Source of the DNA: Lingula anatina
Lineage: Eukaryota > Animalia > Brachiopoda
DNA: 64,000 nt
Assembly (NCBI GenBank): GCA_051362555.1
Contig: CM120649.1
Span: forward strand, 17,808,567 to 17,872,566
Reading direction: 5' to 3'
The notes beneath the pieces were generated by a model that saw nothing but the letters and a program-made list of their open reading frames with translations, was not told where the DNA came from and did not search any database. A program made the position numbers and the translations under genes. Of this stretch, positions 61,014-64,000 are shown piece after piece (positions within the stretch are counted from its first letter, which is position 1; every line of letters starts with the position of its first letter).

Positions 61014-61624
61014 CATGTACTTGTGTAATATGCAGAATTACACATATCCCAGATATTGACGGCTGCTGCCCATGCATACACCTTTGACATTATCCTCAGA
61101 ATTATTGAGCTATCTACAATAATTACTAGACAGTAGGCTCTCAGAATTCAATATCCCCTTTGTAACAACATGACCGTGTCTCTTCCATATCCATTCTGCT
61201 TGGGGGCCGACGCGAACATGAAGAAGGTAAACCTATTGTTGTTGTTGTTCAGAGATAGAGAGTTAATTAATTTATATGGTTGGCTTTATTTCTCTCTTTT
61301 TTGATATTCCTTTTACTTCAAGCATGCTGTACTATATTGTAGATACTGTATTACAGTTACGATATCATAGGTGTGTTTTGCTGCTGCCGACGCTGTTAAG
61401 ATTTGACATACCATACATATATATTTCAAATTAAAAAAAAAATTAATATTTGGTTAAAGCAGTTAAAAAGTGAAGTGGTTATTTTACAGTCTCCGTCAAA
61501 CCCGATGCCAATGTAGAAATTTGAACAAATTCTTATTATTAGTATTGTTATTGGCAGGAGATACAGATTCATTGTAGTTCAGCGTATTACCCTGCTATTC
61601 TTTGACATTTGGATTTATTAGTGA

Positions 61625-61704
61625 GAATACTATCAGTTTCTCTCTCTCTCTCTTTGTCTCTGTCTATCTCTCTGTCTGTCTCTCTCTCTCTGTCTGTCTG
61701 TCTG

Positions 61705-61735
<31 letters not shown>

Positions 61736-61742
61736 TGCTCGC

Positions 61743-61797
<55 letters not shown>

Positions 61798-61800
61798 GTG
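61625..61800. repeat. Compound (CT)n/(CTGT)n microsatellite
   Basis: Seen directly; it produces the spurious ERERER/SLSLSL ORFs in the track. Confidence 0.95.
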
Positions 61801-61952
61801 GAAACTACCATGTGGTTCAGACGTATATTGTTATCATTAGAGTTGACAGGTGCTCTTACATTTGACTGGCACACAGGAATTACCCAGGCTACTGGTTGGA
61901 TGTCTTTCTATTACTAGTATATAGTTGGGCAGACTTTTGATATGACAGGCTT

Positions 61953-62910
61953 CAGGCCTTCCCAACTACCAGACTCGGCACCTACGGGTCCAGTATAAAC
62001 CGGTTTATCAGACCACACTACCCGTTTTCAAGGTGTGTGTCAGATCGCATTACAGAGTATCAGCCACCCCACCGATTTTGCCTGGTACGCGATGTGATAG
62101 CAATGATCCTAAGCGGGGTTGGAAAGTAGTGCATCTCATCTAGATTCATGCGCTGCTGCAATTTTCTCTGTTTATGCTAAAATCTGACAGTACCGCAATT
62201 TTTAACATAAAATTTAGGTTCGGACATAGCCAATGATGTTTTGTAAATAAGAACTTGCAAACTTATATATTAATTTAGAAAAGTAGACCTAATTTTGATA
62301 GCAGAAGCATATTCTGTCGGGGGTTAAATATTTTCGTGACTACCGGGATGGACGAGATTGAGGGCAGGGGTAATCCTAGAGAGGGGTGAGAAACGTCCAT
62401 TGTTCTCGTCAGCGCGGCTGTCCTTTTTCAGGGTTTGTACGCACGGACAGAAAATTTAAGTATTGTGGGAACGTTACTAATGAAGCCACTGGTAGTACTA
62501 GTAGATATCAGCCTGTAGTCTTGAACAAGCGCCTCGATGACGAGTGAACAGTTGTCAAAAACAAAAGACCCAGTAGTTCAACTACTGTTGATGCGTGCCG
62601 CAACGACCAAACCTAATTGCTCCTCAAGGTCACAAAACAATAACCGGTACTGACGGCTAGGCTCGTCTTAATCATATAAGTAGCGCGTTTCCACCCCCTG
62701 ATTGAGGGAGTCGTCTGTTGTATTCATGCGACTCCTACTTGACGAAAACGAGGCGCGATACCCAGATGACAGGTAGGCTTACAGAATTTGTGATAGGGTA
62801 TGATACTCTTTTATGCGATCTGACACACACCTTGAAAACGGGTAGTGTCGTCAGATATACCGGTTTATTCTAGACCCGTAGGTGCCGAGTCTGGTAGTTG
62901 GGAAGGCCTG
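61953..62910. mobile_element. 958-bp non-autonomous DNA transposon with TIRs of about 100 bp
   Basis: caggccttcccaactaccagactcggcacctacgggtc...caaggtgtgtgtcagatcgcat is inverted at 62813-62910; ggctt on both flanks. Confidence 0.92.
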
Positions 62911-64000
62911 GGCTTGCATTCTCTTTCATCAACCTTGATTTCCATAGTTCACTGTTGGAAGCTGGTCTCTGTTATCAGCAGAACAAGGTTTAAGGAGAAT
63001 TTCTAGTGATCTCTGAAATTCAGGGCGCTTTTATTCCTCTCGGTGTTTGGCCCGGTTATGGTAGCTAGTACAGCCTTAGGGATCATTCCCAGTGACACTC
63101 CATGGGGACTCCCACTGAATCAGTTAAATCGGTTACTGGTAAGCAGATTTACACATGTCCTCTTGGTGTTGACTAGAATACGAGACAGCTGGTGATTGTA
63201 CGAGCACGTGGGGGGAAAAAAGAGGTGGCGTGTTAATCTGTTAATCTGATTGCATTTAGGGAGAGTGAACCCTTAGATGTCCTTGATGTACCCTCTTTTT
63301 ATAGAAAAAGGTACCAATATGGCCAACACCCCAATAAATTCTATACTCTTAATCTCTTTAAACACTTTACTTTTTCAGTACAAGTATGTGATATTTATTT
63401 TCACTAGTGGGCTTATTATTGTGTAATGTATTTAAAAAACTGTATTAGTATTAATGTGATATTTGACTAGATAACTATTTACCATAATGTTTTCCATTCA
63501 GTTTTGGTGGCTATTTTGTAGTTATTAATCTTTTCATTCCATGCCGAGCAATCCATCATTTCAACATTATACTCCAGCTGAAATTATTTCATTGAGAAAT
63601 AATAGATCACAGAATTGAAATAGCTGCATGTGCACTTAATATGTTATAGACCATATTTCTTTAAAATGACTTCTGTGTATGAAAGGCTTTTTAATTAAAA
63701 TTTGTCTTTGATAGCCTCAAATCTTATTTTAGTAGAACTATTTATCACTTTAATATCTCACTGAGGCTGAGTTCAGTGAAAGAGAGAGAGCTGTTCTCTT
63801 GCGGCAGATGGCAAGTCATGATTTTTTCTCAGTAATTGGCTCTCAGTATTTGTACATCATATTATACGGGGTACTGGCTATCACTTTGTAGAACAGTGGA
63901 TCTTTATGTGAAATACTTGTGAAAGGTTGGCACTGAGTAGCCATGGTGTGTTGTCGTGTACAGAACAATACGTAAAGGAGAGTTACAGTTTAGAGGTCGC

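Overview
AT-rich, intron-containing genomic DNA from an animal, most likely a marine invertebrate (lophotrochozoan/mollusc-like; this is an inference). Splicing exons by hand at GT-AG sites gave five intact host genes: (1) a 13-exon indoleamine 2,3-dioxygenase-family gene (+, 1907-10747); (2) a secreted Trp-rich seven-bladed beta-propeller lectin-like gene (-, CDS 13173-11536, non-coding first exon near 20800); (3) a small secreted 10-Cys protein ending in CGPNYCCC (+, 24722-25747), with a decayed copy of its last exon upstream; (4) a large Roco gene, LRR-Roc-COR plus two exon-encoded CARD-like domains (+, 35715-41225), whose LRR array is 13 highly similar 138-bp units that vary mainly at the predicted ligand-binding face; (5) a 14-exon cytosolic ALDH1A-like aldehyde dehydrogenase (-, 56552-44268). 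A young full-length chromodomain-bearing Ty3/Gypsy LTR retrotransposon (13461-20517, ATTT TSD, one frameshift) sits in intron 1 of the lectin gene. A Helentron/HINE-type element carrying a 146-bp satellite with higher-order structure fills ALDH intron 10, and many MITEs are scattered throughout. The best candidate for a new system is the Roco-CARD-CARD receptor with a hypervariable LRR array. All family calls come from motif recognition; no database search was run.
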